Part shown: positions 36,961 through 51,689 of the stretch, piece after piece
Layout: each line of letters starts with the position of its first letter
Numbering within the stretch: position 1 is the first letter of the stretch
Source: Nageia nagi
Taxonomy: Eukaryota > Plantae > Pinophyta
Reading direction: 5' to 3'
NCBI GenBank assembly: GCA_050084985.1
Contig: JBITNC010000001.1
Coordinates: 177,444,001-177,508,000 of the forward strand
DNA: 64,000 bases
Notes under the pieces: generated by a model
Databases searched by the model: none
What the model saw: only the letters and a program-made list of their open reading frames with translations
What the model was told of the DNA's origin: nothing
Translations under genes and position numbers: made by a program

Positions 36961-37027
36961 TGCATGATTTTAGGCAAAAAATAAACCATGTTTCATTTCA
37001 TTTTTTCAAAAAAGTGTTGTTATTAAA

Positions 37028-38041
37028 TGATCTATAATTTAAAAGACTAAATTTAAATTGTATTCCTTCTTGAGAATAATTCACACTCAATAAAAGTAAG
37101 TTCTTGCAACTAGAATATTTAGAGAAATAAAATTGGAACTATGTGCAAAAACTAGTGAAGAAACACAAATCACACCACATAGAGATAAATCAATTACCCT
37201 AGTTCACCAGGTATGGGCTACATTCAGTAAGAAAAGATATCTTTAATAAATGGATAAAATGATGTACAATGATCTCCATAGTCCTTCAGCACCTCTTCTC
37301 ACATTCAAACAAACACCATAGTTATGAAACACAAAACAATTGCTCTTTTGCTCTCTACAATCCTTCTTCTTGAACACCTCCAACTTGCCTCTTTTTATAA
37401 GAAAAAATAGGCTCAAATTGGAGTGATTTATAAAAAATAAGTAGCCAAAAAATACTATTTTTGAAAACCCAATATTCTCATCTATATGTAGTTAAAATTG
37501 GTCTCAAATGGTTGAGCCAATCTCCCAAAATTGGCTTTCAAACACAAACTTGCTCTCTGGAAATACAATATTAGTAGGTCTATAAATAAATTTATCCACC
37601 AATTAAAAAAATACCAAAAACCTTTAAAACTAGTAAATCTTCCAAAACTAGGTGGATCCTATTAGAGGGTGCCATTTGATGACATGAGAAAGGGTCACCA
37701 CATGGTCAAAGTTTCTTATCACGAAGCTTAGGGTGGGTTGAAATGTGATTAATGCTTGTCAGGATGATAGATAAGGTAGAATGCATATGTTTTAGATAAG
37801 TCAACCCCTAGTCGCTAGCAGTTAAACTTATCCATATTGTCAAGTGTTAGGGATGCAAGTGGTCTTCTCCACATTGTGGAGCCACCACTCCTCCATAAAT
37901 GGATATTAAGCTCTAATCATAGACATTAGGTAGCTTCATAGTCTATTTACCTCTAGATAGGCCACCACACTGGTCTTCCCCTATGTCACCTATCGAAGGG
38001 CCTAGTTTTTTTTACAATATCACTCTATTTTTTAATATTTG

Positions 38042-38083
<42 letters not shown>

Positions 38084-41000
38084 AATTTTATGTTTTAATT
38101 ACAAAAAAACACTTTTCCTTAAAAATCAAATTTCTCATACATATGAAATTAGATTCTCAATCTAAAAAAGGTATAATGAAGCTGGAGACAAACTGAATGC
38201 TTTAAAATCAAGTATACTAAATATTAAGAGGATTAAAATTTTGGATCATTCCTCCCAATTGAGAGAGAGATTTTGACCCCAAAAGTATTTATAATGTTAG
38301 AATGAGGTGAGGGTAAAGCTTCCTCACCCGATAAAATGCAAACCAATTGGCCTTATGAGGGTGTCAACCATTCACACTGATATGCCATACCTCATGTTCA
38401 TAATTATGATATGGTATTTTCTTTTTTTTCAATATTTCATCAAATAAACATTCATGTGCTCTAGGGATAAATCATTAATGTTCATAACATAATCCCTACA
38501 TATTTTGCAACAAAAGCTAGTTCGTACAACTTAAAATTCTCAACATTCATAATGGAATAAATTTGCACATAAGGTGTAAGGTCTAACTAGAATACATTAT
38601 CACCAACTTGTGCAATAATAATGAATGGTACATACCTTATTGGATTTAACTTCTTCCCCTTACCATGCTATCTATCCTTGCTAAGATAAATCCATACCTA
38701 ATCCCTAACCTCAAACTTGTGATCCACTCTATGATGATCATGCCTCTTCTTGTACTTAGCCTAACTCTTTTCTAACTATTCCTAAACCTTTTGATGAACC
38801 AACTTAATCCTCTCAATGAAAATATTAGATCATTTCTCCTTATTATGAATAATGACATCTCCATTACTAGATGAAGAAAAAGCCATATCAAAGGTAACTT
38901 TGGAAAATAGCCAAAACATATCTCAAAAGGAGATTTATTAGTAGAAGAGTATATAGCCTGATTATATGTATATTGAATATAACTCAAATGTTTATCCCAA
39001 GTATTATGATGCTTACCATAATAACCTCATAAAATATGTATCACTATCCTATTTACCACTTCAATTTACCCATTTTTCTATTGATGAAAAGTTGTGCTCC
39101 TCTTTTAACTTAGTGTCCATCCTTTCCCATAAAGAAGTCTAAAATTTACCTATAAACTTGGAATCCTTGTCAAAAAAATGAAAGTACAAGTACCAAAATG
39201 TATCCATACATAAGTAAAGAAACAATTAGCTAGTTCTTGACCCATCATAATCTTTTTACATGGAATTAGGATACACATTTTCTTGAATCAATCCAAAACA
39301 ACATAAAAATAATAATATCCTCTCTTAGAAATAGCAAAACTTCCAAATAATCATATCCTCTCTTGGAAATAGGAAAACTTCTTAAAAAATAAATGGAAAT
39401 TATTTCCCATTATCATGTAGGAACTAATAATGGCATGTAGAGGCAAAGCTTCCTATTACTTGGTTTGCTAACATTGCATAACATACAACATCTAATATAC
39501 CTCGATACATTTTCTTGCATTTTAGGCCAATAACTATATATTTTCAAATTAGCAAGATTTTTTCCAACACTAATGTGTCATAAAATACGATAAGTGTGAG
39601 CTTCCCTAATAAGATCATTCTTCTCACCATTAGGAATAAAAAGATTGTCTAAATGAAAAAGTAATCCATTTTGCATGTGAAAGTCAATATTTCCATTTCT
39701 ATTACCATGACTCAATATATGATAGATACTTTGAAAATTAGGATCATCACCATTTTGTTCTTTATAATCTTCATGCATCAAAGAACTATTTTGCAAGATT
39801 ATACTAATTGTTGCAATAGAAGGTCTAGACAACATATCAACAATCTTATTTTGTGAACCCTTTTTATATTTAATCACCAAATGAAATTGTTGAAAAAATC
39901 CCATCCAATGGAAATGTATTGATTGTTTCAATTTAGATTGTGATTGAAGATATTGTAAGGATTGATTATCTGTATGCATTATTGTCTCTTTACCCACCAA
40001 ATATTTTTTTCATTTTTTAACACTTTGAATTAATGCAAATAACTCTTTATCATAAGTGGGATAGTTTCTTACTGCACTATTAGACATCTCAGAGTGATAA
40101 CAAATTAGATATATATCCTTTTAAAAAATTGTACCCATAGCATAATCACTTGCATCAGTTTCAATTTCAAAAGATTGTTGAATATTAGGTAAAGCAAGTA
40201 CTGAAGCATTACTAATTTTCTTTTTAGCAATTCAAAAGCATCTTATTATTTTCCTCCCTACTAAAACCCATGATTATTCCTTATAATAGCATGGAGTGGA
40301 GAAGCCATAATAGAAAAATTAGCAATAAAATTATGAAGATATTGTACAACCCCAAGAAAACTCCTTATTTTTGTCACATTAGTGGGTGTAGGATTTTGCG
40401 CAATAACCTCTACTTTGGTAGGATATATATGCAATTGGTCTTCACCTATAATGTCGCCTATATAGATTAAGCTTTTCCTTACAAATTCACACTTAGAAAT
40501 TTTCAAAAAGATTTTAGGTTCCCTTAATATTTCAAACACTTTACAAATATGCATCACATGATCATTCCAATCATTACTATAAATAAGAATACAATCCAGA
40601 CACACAATAACAAAAGCACCAAGAAAAGATCTCAAAAACTCATTCATCACTCTCATAAAAGTAGCAAAAGCATTGCATAAACCAAATGGTAAAACCAACC
40701 ACTCAAACAATCCTTATTTAGCCTTATAAATAATTTTCCAAACATCCTCATCTTTAACTTGCACTTGATGATAACCACTCGTTAAATTAAGTTTTGTAAA
40801 AAGTTTAACTTTTTGTAATTGGTCCATTAAATCATAAATGCATGGTAATAGATAATGATTCTTTATCATAATTTTATTTAATGCCCTATAATCTACACAC
40901 ATATTCCAAGGTCCATCTTTATTTGGAATTAAAACAATAGGAGAACCACATGGTGAAATGCTAGGTATAATGACTCCTTGATCTAACAATTCCTTGACTT

Positions 41001-44000
41001 GTTTCTTAATTTATTTACTTTCCATGATATAATATCTATATAATCCAATATTAGGAAGTGCTACATATTGATGAAATTGAATTTCATATTGAATATCTCT
41101 TTTAAGTAGAAGTTCTTTATGAATTTGAAATAAGTCCTCAAATTCAAAAATTAACTCTTTAACTTCTTCTTTGTAGTGAGGATCACATTCATTAAGAGAT
41201 TTTATAATTTCCATTTAATTTTGAGATCTCATCATTGCAAGTGCAAACATTTATCCTGAATTAATAAGTCTATTTGCTTGCCCTATAGTAATCAAAGAAA
41301 AACTTTTTACCTTATTTGGATGAGAATTAACCATATACTCAATTCCATCCTTAAGGAGTCTATATTTTTTTTCCTTTCTATAAAACAAAGCATCTTTATC
41401 ATATATATAAGGACTTCCTATCACAATCCTACAAATATCTCAAAGGAACAACATCAAGTAATACCTCATCTATGAATTCCCTATTAATTATAATCCTTAA
41501 TTTGCATTGTTGGTTAACTTATAACTTGGACATTTTATGAACCCATCCTAATGGATATGGATGTGAATGTGGCTATGTAGTGCATGCAAGTGATATAACA
41601 TACTTCTTTGTAATCAAGTTAGCTTGTGAACCAAGATCAATTAATGTATCAATTCTAGTTTTCTTAGCTTGTTCCTTGATATAAAAAATTTCAATTCATT
41701 TCTTTTCCTCATAAACATTAGATGTGTTATGAAAGACCATACATGCCCTTTTTTCATATACATCAGAACCATCATCTACTTATTTTGTAATAGTGGCTAC
41801 TTGTTTCTTTTTTTCTTACCATTTAGGCTTAGGGCATAGTTTAGGATGTAATTTTGAACACTTAGCCTCTAAATGATCCTCTTTCGTACAATGAGTATAT
41901 TATTCTTTAGATTTCTCTTTTTGAACCGTAGAAATAGTTTTCCCTCTTTCTTTCCCCTCCCTTTATTTTTTTTCATAATTAATTTTAGAAGCATTTTTCT
42001 TATTTCCATCCCTTACAAATCTACCCCTTTCTTCTAGGTGTGTATCTTGAACAAAAACATTATCCAATTTAGTTGGATTAAACATCAACAATGTATGTTT
42101 CAAATAATTGTGCAAAACACCAATATACTTAAGAAGATTATCTTAGGAATTAAGAGTAATACCTAGCATTGTAGCTCTTTTTGGAACTCCCTAGTGTACT
42201 CTTTCACACTTTTTCCTTTGCCTTGATGGAAACTTTTTCATTCCATAAATACCTTTTGATGATAGCCCAATGGATAAAATTGATCTCTTATCATTTGTAT
42301 AAAATGATTCCAAGTAGCAATGGAAGCCTTAAGTGATTCATTCTCACATTGAAGATGGATTTCCTACCAAATAAGTGTTAAACCACCCATTTTAATGGTT
42401 GATAATTGAATTTTATTCTCACCATTTACAATACATTGAATTATATAATAAAATTTGATTTGTTTTATCCAATAATTTAACTTGTCAACATTTATTTTAC
42501 TAGTAAACATTAGAAAATTAAATTTAACTTCTAATTTCAAAGGAAAAATTTTAACTATATTTTCTTATCTCTCATTGTTTAGTTTATTACCTTCACTTAT
42601 TTCACCTTCAATTTTCTTTAATTGTTGTTCTTGAAAATATTGAAATTGTAGAGACATTTTCTGAAACATTATTGTGAGATTTGCAAGTTGCTTTTTAATA
42701 TTAGCTCCACCTTCATTAGTCATGACTGCAAGCTCTCTTTTCCTTTTTAACCAAATCTTGGAACCAATTTTAGGATCTTCTTCCATAATATCCCCTTCTC
42801 CTTTCTTGGTATGTAATTTGGTATTCATGAAATAACAATGCCAAGACACCCAATAATATACTAGTAAAAAATATAAGTTAAATCCCAAGTAAATAATTGC
42901 TCTGATACCAAACTTGATCCATAATTTAAAATATTAAATTTAAATTTTATTCATTTCTAAGACCAATTCATACTTAATAAAATTAAGTGCTTGCAACCAG
43001 AAGATTTGGAGAAATATAATTGGGACTATATGCAAAACTAGAGAAGAAACACAAATCATAGCACATAGAGATAAATCAATGACCTTGGTTCACCTATTGT
43101 GTGCTACATATAAAACAAAATCTCTCTTCAATAAATGGATGAAATGATGTACAATGACCTTCAAAATTATTAAACACCTCTTCTTACATTCACATAAATA
43201 CCATAGTTCTAAAACACATAGAAATTGCTCTCCAATGCTCTATAATCCTCCTCCCAAAACATCTCCAAATTGCCTCTTTTTATAAGAAAATATATGCTCA
43301 AAATTGAGAGATTTATAACCAATAAGTAACCACAAAAATACTATTTTTATATACCCAATATTCCCATCTAGTTTCAATCTAAAATTGGGCTCAAATGGTT
43401 GAGCTAATCTCCCAAAATTGGCTTTCAAACACAAATAAACTCACTCTTTATAAATATAGTATTAACAGGTCTACAAATAAATTTATCCACTAATTAAAAA
43501 ATTTCAAAAATATTTGAAACTAGAAAATCTTCCAAAATTGGATGTGTCCTATCAAAGGGTACCACTTGGTGGTATAAAAAAGGTTCATTGCATGATCAAA
43601 GTTTATAAGAGTATGACTTAGGGTGGGTTGAGACATGGTCAATGCTTGTTAGGTTGGCAGATAAGGAAGAATGTGGGTATGTCAGAGGGATCAAGCTCTG
43701 GTGGTTAGTAGTCAAATCCTCCACACCATTAAGTGTTAGGGATATAGGAAGTTTTCTTCACACCATTGTACTACCACTCCTCCACACATGATTTTTAGGC
43801 TTTGATCATTACCATTGGGTGGCTTCACTGGTCTATCAACCTCCACATCTATTGCCACATTAGCCTTCCATATAAGCCTTCCCCTATGTCACTTGTTAGT
43901 GGGCCTATTTTTTTTACAATGTTACACCTTTATTTTTTTAATATTTGATTATATATATATTAACTTTTGTATTTTAATTACACAAAAATACTTTTCTTTA

Positions 44001-44127
44001 AAAATGAACTTTCTCACATATACGGAATCAGATTCTCAATCCGGGAAAAGAGTATAAAAGCTGGAGATAAAATGAATAGCATAAACTTGAGCATATTGAA
44101 TATCAAGAGGATCCAAATTTTGTATCA
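37028..44127 (-). mobile_element. Full-length degenerate Ty3/Gypsy element (chromovirus-like)
   Basis: LTRs 37028-38248 and 42915-44127; perfect TSD TTAAA; perfect Met PBS (rc TGGTATCAGAGC, 42899-42910). RT (CVDYRALNK, PFGLCNA), RH (HTDNQSLQYL) and INT with a GPF-like tail. Confidence 0.95.
38046..38080. repeat. (TA)n microsatellite within the LTR
   Basis: Read directly; much shorter in the partner LTR (~43950). Confidence 0.95.
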
Positions 44128-44349
44128 TTAAATAGTAATAGATAATATCATTTATTAATCACATCATATTTTCAAGTTAATGTAACTGCTTATGTATATT
44201 GATGGGGTGTTTGTGATAAAACAATCAATTGCTTTTGGGTTGCTAAGTACATCCTCTAACACAAACATTCAAGTTGTGAAGAACCTTCAACTATGTGGTA
44301 ACTAAAAATTTATAACAAATTTTCTATCGAAATTTGTTACATGAGAAAT

Positions 44350-44575
44350 TTTTGTAAGGGAAGCCATGCAAGTCTACCAAAATAGAGCTATCAATACTTC
44401 AAATTCATGGTTGACTATTATAATGTTACACACCTAATGAATGCATAATACATGCTTCTTGGTCATGTTGGGTGTCTAGATGAATAAAAAGACTATAAAT
44501 AGCATGCCTATAAAAATATGATGTTGTAATATGGAAATACAATGATTGTAGGATATCCAAAGAATGGTGTTTTTA
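44350..44575 (+). pseudogene. PPR pseudogene fragment
   Basis: LLGHVGCLDE..MPIK and WKYNDC/NTMIVGYPKNG-like remnants. Confidence 0.6.
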
Positions 44576-46299
44576 TATTTTAGAACTAAAGTTCATGTAT
44601 TCATTGAATTTTATGGACTATTTGTAACTATAAAAATTTCAACTAAAAATAGTACTACATATATAAACATAAATGAAATAAATATGCTTTTTATTGTATG
44701 TTTTTTGAGATTTAAATAACTAATGAATCAAATATACCTTTGTTACAGACTACACTTTAACATAAACACAAAATTAAAAAAAAAGTATAAAACAAAAACA
44801 TCACAAATGTTATTTATCTTACAATTTGTATTACAATAAAGCATACTATGAACATTACAATTTATATTACATTACATTAAAATTAAGACTAAAAAAAAAT
44901 TAGACTTTGAGAAAAATTATAATTTTCCATAATAGACCTTTAATAACAATTTTCCATCCACCCTCTATGAGGGTGTTGTAAATGATAGTGGTTTTAATCC
45001 ACTAAACATAACCATATTAGTATATTCATATGAAGTTGATACTAAAATATCATCTTATAGTGCATATTGCTAGCAAGATGGGACTTAGAAGTTTCTATAA
45101 AATTATGTTACACACCTTATCAAACATAGGATCATCAAGCATGTGTATGAAAGGACTTGCATGCAAAGAATATTCTCTCATTTGGACATGCCATTCTTAT
45201 CATGGGAGATGACTTTATTTAAGTAGAGCCTATTGAATGTTCTCAAATAAAAAAAGGAAGCTTTATAGGAGATGATATACAAAGGAGTAATCCAAAATTT
45301 CTTTGAAGCCTTTATAGGCTATGACATAAATATTTCTCAATATGTGCTCTAAACATGGAATAATGATAGATTTGTAGTAGAATATTTGGAATTCAAATTC
45401 ATTATAAAAGCGGTAGTAGTTTTAATTCAAAGTAGAAGACAAGAGAGTAAAGAGGGAAGATAAGAAAATTAAAAAGGATGTAGAATAGTTTGAGATCAGA
45501 TTCATAAAGATTACAGATTTATATGAAGGGTATGACATATAAATCCTTCCCAAAATATGGTTCAAACTTTACAAAGTGATTATTAGGTACATCACACTAC
45601 ATGAAAAATATAAGATGATTTTGGGCTATCGTATTGTACTTATGAGTCATTTTTATAGTACATAAAAGATCAATTTACATTTCATCCTAGTTAATTTATT
45701 GCAAAGCTTCATTCTAGAGGCTAGGAAATCACATAAAATAGTTCCCTTGAATCATGCACTTATTTTGATAGTCTATATGCACCCTTTGATAGGAAAACCA
45801 CCAAGATACATCCCTAAGATCAACCCAAACTTAGTTCCTCACCTTTATAGCTTTGAATTATATAAGGATATTCCATTAGCTCTAATTTTTCAAAAATGGA
45901 GGTCAACAAGGGGAAAGAAGCCATGAACATAGTGGCATAGATGAATAGAAATGTTTTGGAGAAAAACATACCTATCCTAGAGTGAATCAAATTAGTTAGG
46001 AGGATCAAAAGAAAGGAAAATGTGTAATAGCAAAAAATAAATGGAATTTTGGACCTGTTGGGCATACTAAGTGTGTGTATTACAATATTTAACTTTGATC
46101 ACTAAACATCATTTAGCATATTATGCTATGATGTAATCAATTTATGGTTATTTTGCAGATGTGTGTATAACTTACGATTATTTTGAATATATGCCAATAG
46201 ATCCTTATGCTCAATGTATTCTTATAGTGATATTTATTATAAGCATTAATAGCCATATATTTAAAATGATATATATTGTAAGTATTGATAGATATGTAT

Positions 46300-48968
46300 T
46301 CAAAATATGAAAGTATTAAGAAGTTAAGTGCTTTGTTTGACAATATATGTAAAATAATTTCATGGAATTCAATCATTGCCAGATATGCAAAGACTAGTTG
46401 TATAACAAGAAATCCATCATACTATTTAAATGAATGGAATATGTAGATATTAACATAGATAGTGTTACATTTATTAGTGTATTATATCCATGTAGCCATG
46501 CATGTCTAGTGAAATAGGGCTATCAATAATTCAAATTCATGAATGCATCCATAATGAAACAGTATATATGTATGGTTGAATACACCCATGATGAACCCAT
46601 ATTGTCTCACTTTGTCCAAAGATACTTGTATGATTTTTTTATATAATGTCAATCATGAACACTTTAGGCATGGGATGCAATACATAGATAGAATTTATAG
46701 CTTACAATTAAATAATGCATAATCCAAAAAGTTTATACTTTTTTCTCCATGTAAGCTAAGAGTGAATAATTTACAATACATGCTTATTGGTTGTGTGGGC
46801 ATCTAGATGAAGCATAAAAAAATTATAAATAACATGCTAAGAAAACATGATGATGTAATATGGGTTTATTTTCTTAGTGATTATATATTTTATAACAAAA
46901 TGGGTTCATGTACAAGTGTGATAATAACCTTGATAAAAATGTATGCAAAATGTAGTTATCTAGGTCTAATGAGAGGGGGATATCAATAATTTTATTATCA
47001 TATTAATCCCACAATGGAACACTATACATGTATGGTTAACCTTCTAGTCCATTTTGGGCATTAGAGATGAATAAAAAGATTGTATAAACAACACCCACAA
47101 TGCATCCATATTGTATCACTTTGTCCAAATCTGTTTTCATGATTTTTTTTGTATAATATCAACCATGAAAACTTCAAGCATGGGATGCAATGCATAGATA
47201 GAATTTATAGCTTACAATTAAATAATGTGGAATCCAAAAAAACTTATATTTTTTTCTCCATTTAAGCTAAATGAACAATTTACAATACATGCTTATTGGT
47301 GTTGTTGGGCATCTATATGAAGCAAAAAGACTATATAAATAGCACACCAATAAAACCTTATGCTACAATGTGGGCTTGTTTGCTTGGTGCCTATAGATTT
47401 CATAACAAAATAGGACATGGTCATTCAAGGAAAAATAAATAGATGTTAGCTTCTTTTGCATGAAATTATGATAATAACCTTGATAAAGATGTATTCAAAG
47501 TGTAATTATGCAACTAAGATACCATTATAAAAATGTAGATCCTAATGAAGAAATACCTAATTATTTATACATTTTTTCTACTGACAAAGACACACCAATA
47601 AATCCTACTTCAAAAATCATTGCAACAAGCTTTATCCCATCCATGAAAAGTTATTTTTCACTCATTTACCATATCTATTGAAGAATACTTTCTATACCAC
47701 CTTAGTAAAAATAATTTTATTGATATAATAGTTGTTAAATCACTAGCATTGATAAAAAGAAACTCCTTGGATGAATAATTATACATGAGGATCATAAAGA
47801 TATCAATAACATCACAAGTGAATTTTATTGCATTATGCCTAGGATGAATAATTATACATGCATTGCTAACCTTCTTGGTCATGTGAGAAGCTTTGAAATT
47901 CATGATCAAGATGCCCATAAAACCTGAATTAGATGCATCTATATATTTATTTTATGGTTGTAGATCACATAAAAATGTAGGAATAGGGAATTTTTGGCAA
48001 TAATTCTTTTTTTTTTGGATCCTAAAAATACTTTATATTATGTTATTTCAAATATTTATGCTAAATTAGAAAACCAAGATGATGCTCAAAGAGTGATAAC
48101 ATTGATGAAAGATAGAGGAATCAAGAAAAGTAATTGGAAAAATGGCTATATTGTTATTGTGAACACCATGATAAACATGCATTAAAAAATATAAAAGAAT
48201 ACATAAGGCCCAAGAATTGTTTGACAAGATGCATGATGAACACATAGTTTCATGGATTTCAATGATTATAAGATATGTATAAAATAAATATGTTGGAAGG
48301 GACCATGAACTATTTGAGAAAATGCCTTATCCAGTTTCAATCTCATGGATTACAATGATCCCAAGATTTGCACAAAATGGATTTCTAAAAAGGATTTAGA
48401 TACTTTTAAGCACATGCAATTTTTAGGTGTTAATCTAAGCTCTCCAACCTTTTCCAACATTTTTATAGTATATGCCACCATGGGAGCTCTCGAAGAAGGT
48501 ATGAACATCCATAAAAAAAATGATTGAAAATGGTTTTGCATCAAATGTTGTGGTTGTGAATGCATTAATAAAAATTTATATAGAATATGGAAGAATATAC
48601 AAGGCCCATAAATTAGTTGATAAAATGCATGATGTAGCTATAGTTTAATGGAATACAATTCTTAGAGGATATGAATAATATAGTGTGAACATAATTTCAT
48701 GGCTTGTAATGATTGCAATATATGCACAAAATAGATGTTTTAAAAGGAATCATGAATTATTTGACAAAATATCTCATCAAGATGCAATCCCATGGATTGC
48801 TAATATCCAAGGATATGCATAAAATGGATTTTCTAAAAAGGCTCTAGAGACTTTTAAGCACATGAAATTATCAAGTGTAAAGCCAAAATCTACAACCTTA
48901 ACCAATATTAATCTGATATTATGTGCCACCATGGAACCTCTCAAAGAAGGTATGAACATCAATAAAAG
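46300..48968 (+). pseudogene. Mosaic PPR pseudogene fragments (P/L/S and E-domain pieces)
   Basis: ISWNSIIARYA, TMEHYTCMVNLL, WACLLGAYRFH, GCRSHKN, SNIYAK..DDAQRVITLMKDRGIKK, then new LFDKMHD repeats. Confidence 0.85.
46580..47415. repeat. ~510-bp-spaced direct duplication within the PPR region
   Basis: 46580-46905 aligns with 47090-47415 (e.g. GCATGGGATGCAAT.CATAGATAGAATTTATAGCTTACAATTAAATAATG). Confidence 0.85.
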
Positions 48969-49681
48969 TATTAACAACTAAAAAGGAATTTTAATTTAAT
49001 TAAAATATCCTTTCAGGTATTCAAAATAATTTATTTAATAAATTCTCTTTTCGATATGCACTTTCATCTACCTTTAAGTTTTGTGGTAATAGGTTAGCTT
49101 GACATCATAATAAGCCTAAGGAGGATCCTTAGCACTATACTTGTTGCCTATAAAGGTGGAGGGGTTGTGCATGATCAAAGAGATGAAATGACATGAGATA
49201 ATCCTAAATCCTTGATAGGTGGAAATATACTTGTGTTATTCTTGATTGGTGTTTCTTAACGCCATCTATCATTTCTAGATTTTGTTGTACTCTAAGCTCT
49301 ACATTCCTATGATGTTTTATCCCTTCATGAGTGAGATTCTATGCATTGAAGGTGGGAAAATGATATCAAGCAAAAGGGAATGGTATTCTAGAATGGTAAC
49401 TAAGAAGCACCATTGGGTTCCTAGCATAGATGTTGGGTTGAGGTTAGATTCATGGGTCTATCTTTCAAATAAGCTCATTTTTCATCCTTTCAATTTGATT
49501 TTGCCTTCATTTATCATAGGTAACTTACAAATTTGTATCTTTTATAAATCTATTTTTGATAGGTCAATGTCAATTAGGTCATTTTCATATTTCATGTCAT
49601 CAATTTTATGCTATTTCTTGGTAAATTGATTAAGTTAATATTCTATAAATAACCCTAATTATTATTATTTCAATTATAACA
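48969..49681. mobile_element. Solo LTR (713 bp) inserted in the PPR pseudogene
   Basis: TATTA (from TGTTA)...TAACA ends; TSD AAAAG (48964-48968, 49682-49686). Removing it restores NINKRVFENG. Confidence 0.8.
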
Positions 49682-50730
49682 AAAAGAGTATTTGAAAATG
49701 GCTTTTCATTAAATTTTATAGTTGTGAATACCCTAATAAACTTGTATACAAAATGTGGAAGAATACATAATCCTTGGTAATTATTTAATGAGATGCATTA
49801 TGCATATACAATTTCATGCACTGCTATGATCACATGATATGCACAACATGATGTAGATGTAGTTTCATGGACTGTAATGATCTTAAGATATGCATAAAAT
49901 CAATACATTGAAAGGGACCATGAATAGTTTGACAAAATATCTCATTGAGATGTTATCTCATGGACTATAATGATCCTAAGATATGAATAAAATGGGTTTT
50001 TTAAAAAGGTTCTAGATACTTTAAAGGACATATAATTGTCAGGTGTAAATTCAAACTCTGCAATCTTTACAAACATTCTTCTAGCATGTTCCACCATGGG
50101 ATCTCTTAAATAAGGTATGCATATCCATCAAAGAGTATTTGAAAATGGATTTTCATTGCATGTTGTGGTTATGAATGCCCTAATAGACATGTATGCAAAA
50201 TATGGAAGAATACACAAGGTATGAAATTTTTTGGATAATATGCATGATGTAGACATAGTTTCATGGATTGCAATACTTGGATGATGTGCAATTCCTAGTT
50301 ACAACAAGGATTTCCTTAAAATATTTGATCTAATGAAGCACTTAGAAACCAACCCTAATAGCATAATATTTATATTTATTCTACTTGAATGTATCCATGT
50401 AGGTCTAGTGGATGGGGGTTGTAAATGCTTTAATAGCATGAGTGAATTCTATTGCATTATTCTTAGGATTAATAATTATACATGCATTGTTGAACTTCTT
50501 GGAAATATAGGTTATCATTATAAATATGACTATAAAACTTAAATCAGATTTGTTGAGAGTTATCAATACTTCCATGATACATAATAAAATACTATATACA
50601 TATATGATTAAGCTTCTTAGGTATGTTGGGCATTTTTATGAAGCAAAAGACTTCATAAATAACATATGCTAAGAAACCCTATTTCTACATTGTTGAGTGG
50701 TTTTATTTGTACTTGAAGAGTTTACAAGAA
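49682..50730 (+). pseudogene. PPR pseudogene, last segment
   Basis: VVNTLINLYTKCGRIH, VVMNALIDMYAKYGRIHK, HVGLVDGGCKCFNSMSEFYCI, LLRYVGHFYEAKDFIN. Confidence 0.9.
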
Positions 50731-51689
50731 ATGGTAATAAATTCTTTTGCCTTATGCTTCTCACCTTTCTCACCCTCTTTTTCTTGTATTTGCTAGGTTT
50801 GCTACCAATTCATGATTCATAATAAATGAAATTATGCAATACATGTGTGATTGAACTTCCTACATGTAGGGAATTTAAAATAAAATAATAGATAAATATA
50901 ATCCTAAATGACCATATTAGTAATGTTGGATTCATTCTTTTACTAGTTTGCAAGCAATTGTGTTGACTCATAGTCAACTCCTCTATCACCTTGTGGGAGT
51001 GGGAGTATATATCTTTAGATTGAACAAAGGTTTGATGAGCTAGGTAATCCATATAGAAGAGTATTAATTGAATACCCCTAAATTTATTTTTATTCTCTAG
51101 AGTTATCCTTATTAATCCATTAAAGGGACACCCTATTACTATTCAAGCTACTTAATACCTATCCTTAAGGGTTCCACAGAGGTAGGAAATGAAGGGGAGA
51201 TGAATTCATGAGAGAGGCTAGTAACATTTATGTTCAAGTGTGGATATTAAGTAGAAGAATATAGAGAGAGTAGGTTCAATATATAATGGTAACAAAGTAG
51301 GTGGGGTGGGAGTGGGAGTGGAATTTGCAAAATTTTTAGCAGGTGCTAAATTTTGCAATGTGCTTGGTTAAACTTTTTTTATTTTTTAAGGTGGTTAAAT
51401 TTTATGATGCATCTTAATTTTAATTGTATCATATATTAGTGCTATTTATTATCATTATTAAAACCCACCTTATATAGTGATATACAATTATGTTTTAACA
51501 CCACCCAAAAAAGTTGCCTTATATACCTAGATAAAATAACAATTAAAAAGCATCATTAGAGAACCATTGCAAATAAATCATCATTAAAGCCTAATTTTCT
51601 TGTAGTTTAATGATGATAAACTACAATTATATTATGATCTATAGTTAAACCTTGTATCGTATTACAATATGTATACCATAAGCTCATCA

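Noticed and set aside
25388-50730. Functional PPR gene
   Set aside because: Stops and frameshifts occur in almost every motif, and LTR insertions fall within coding sequence.
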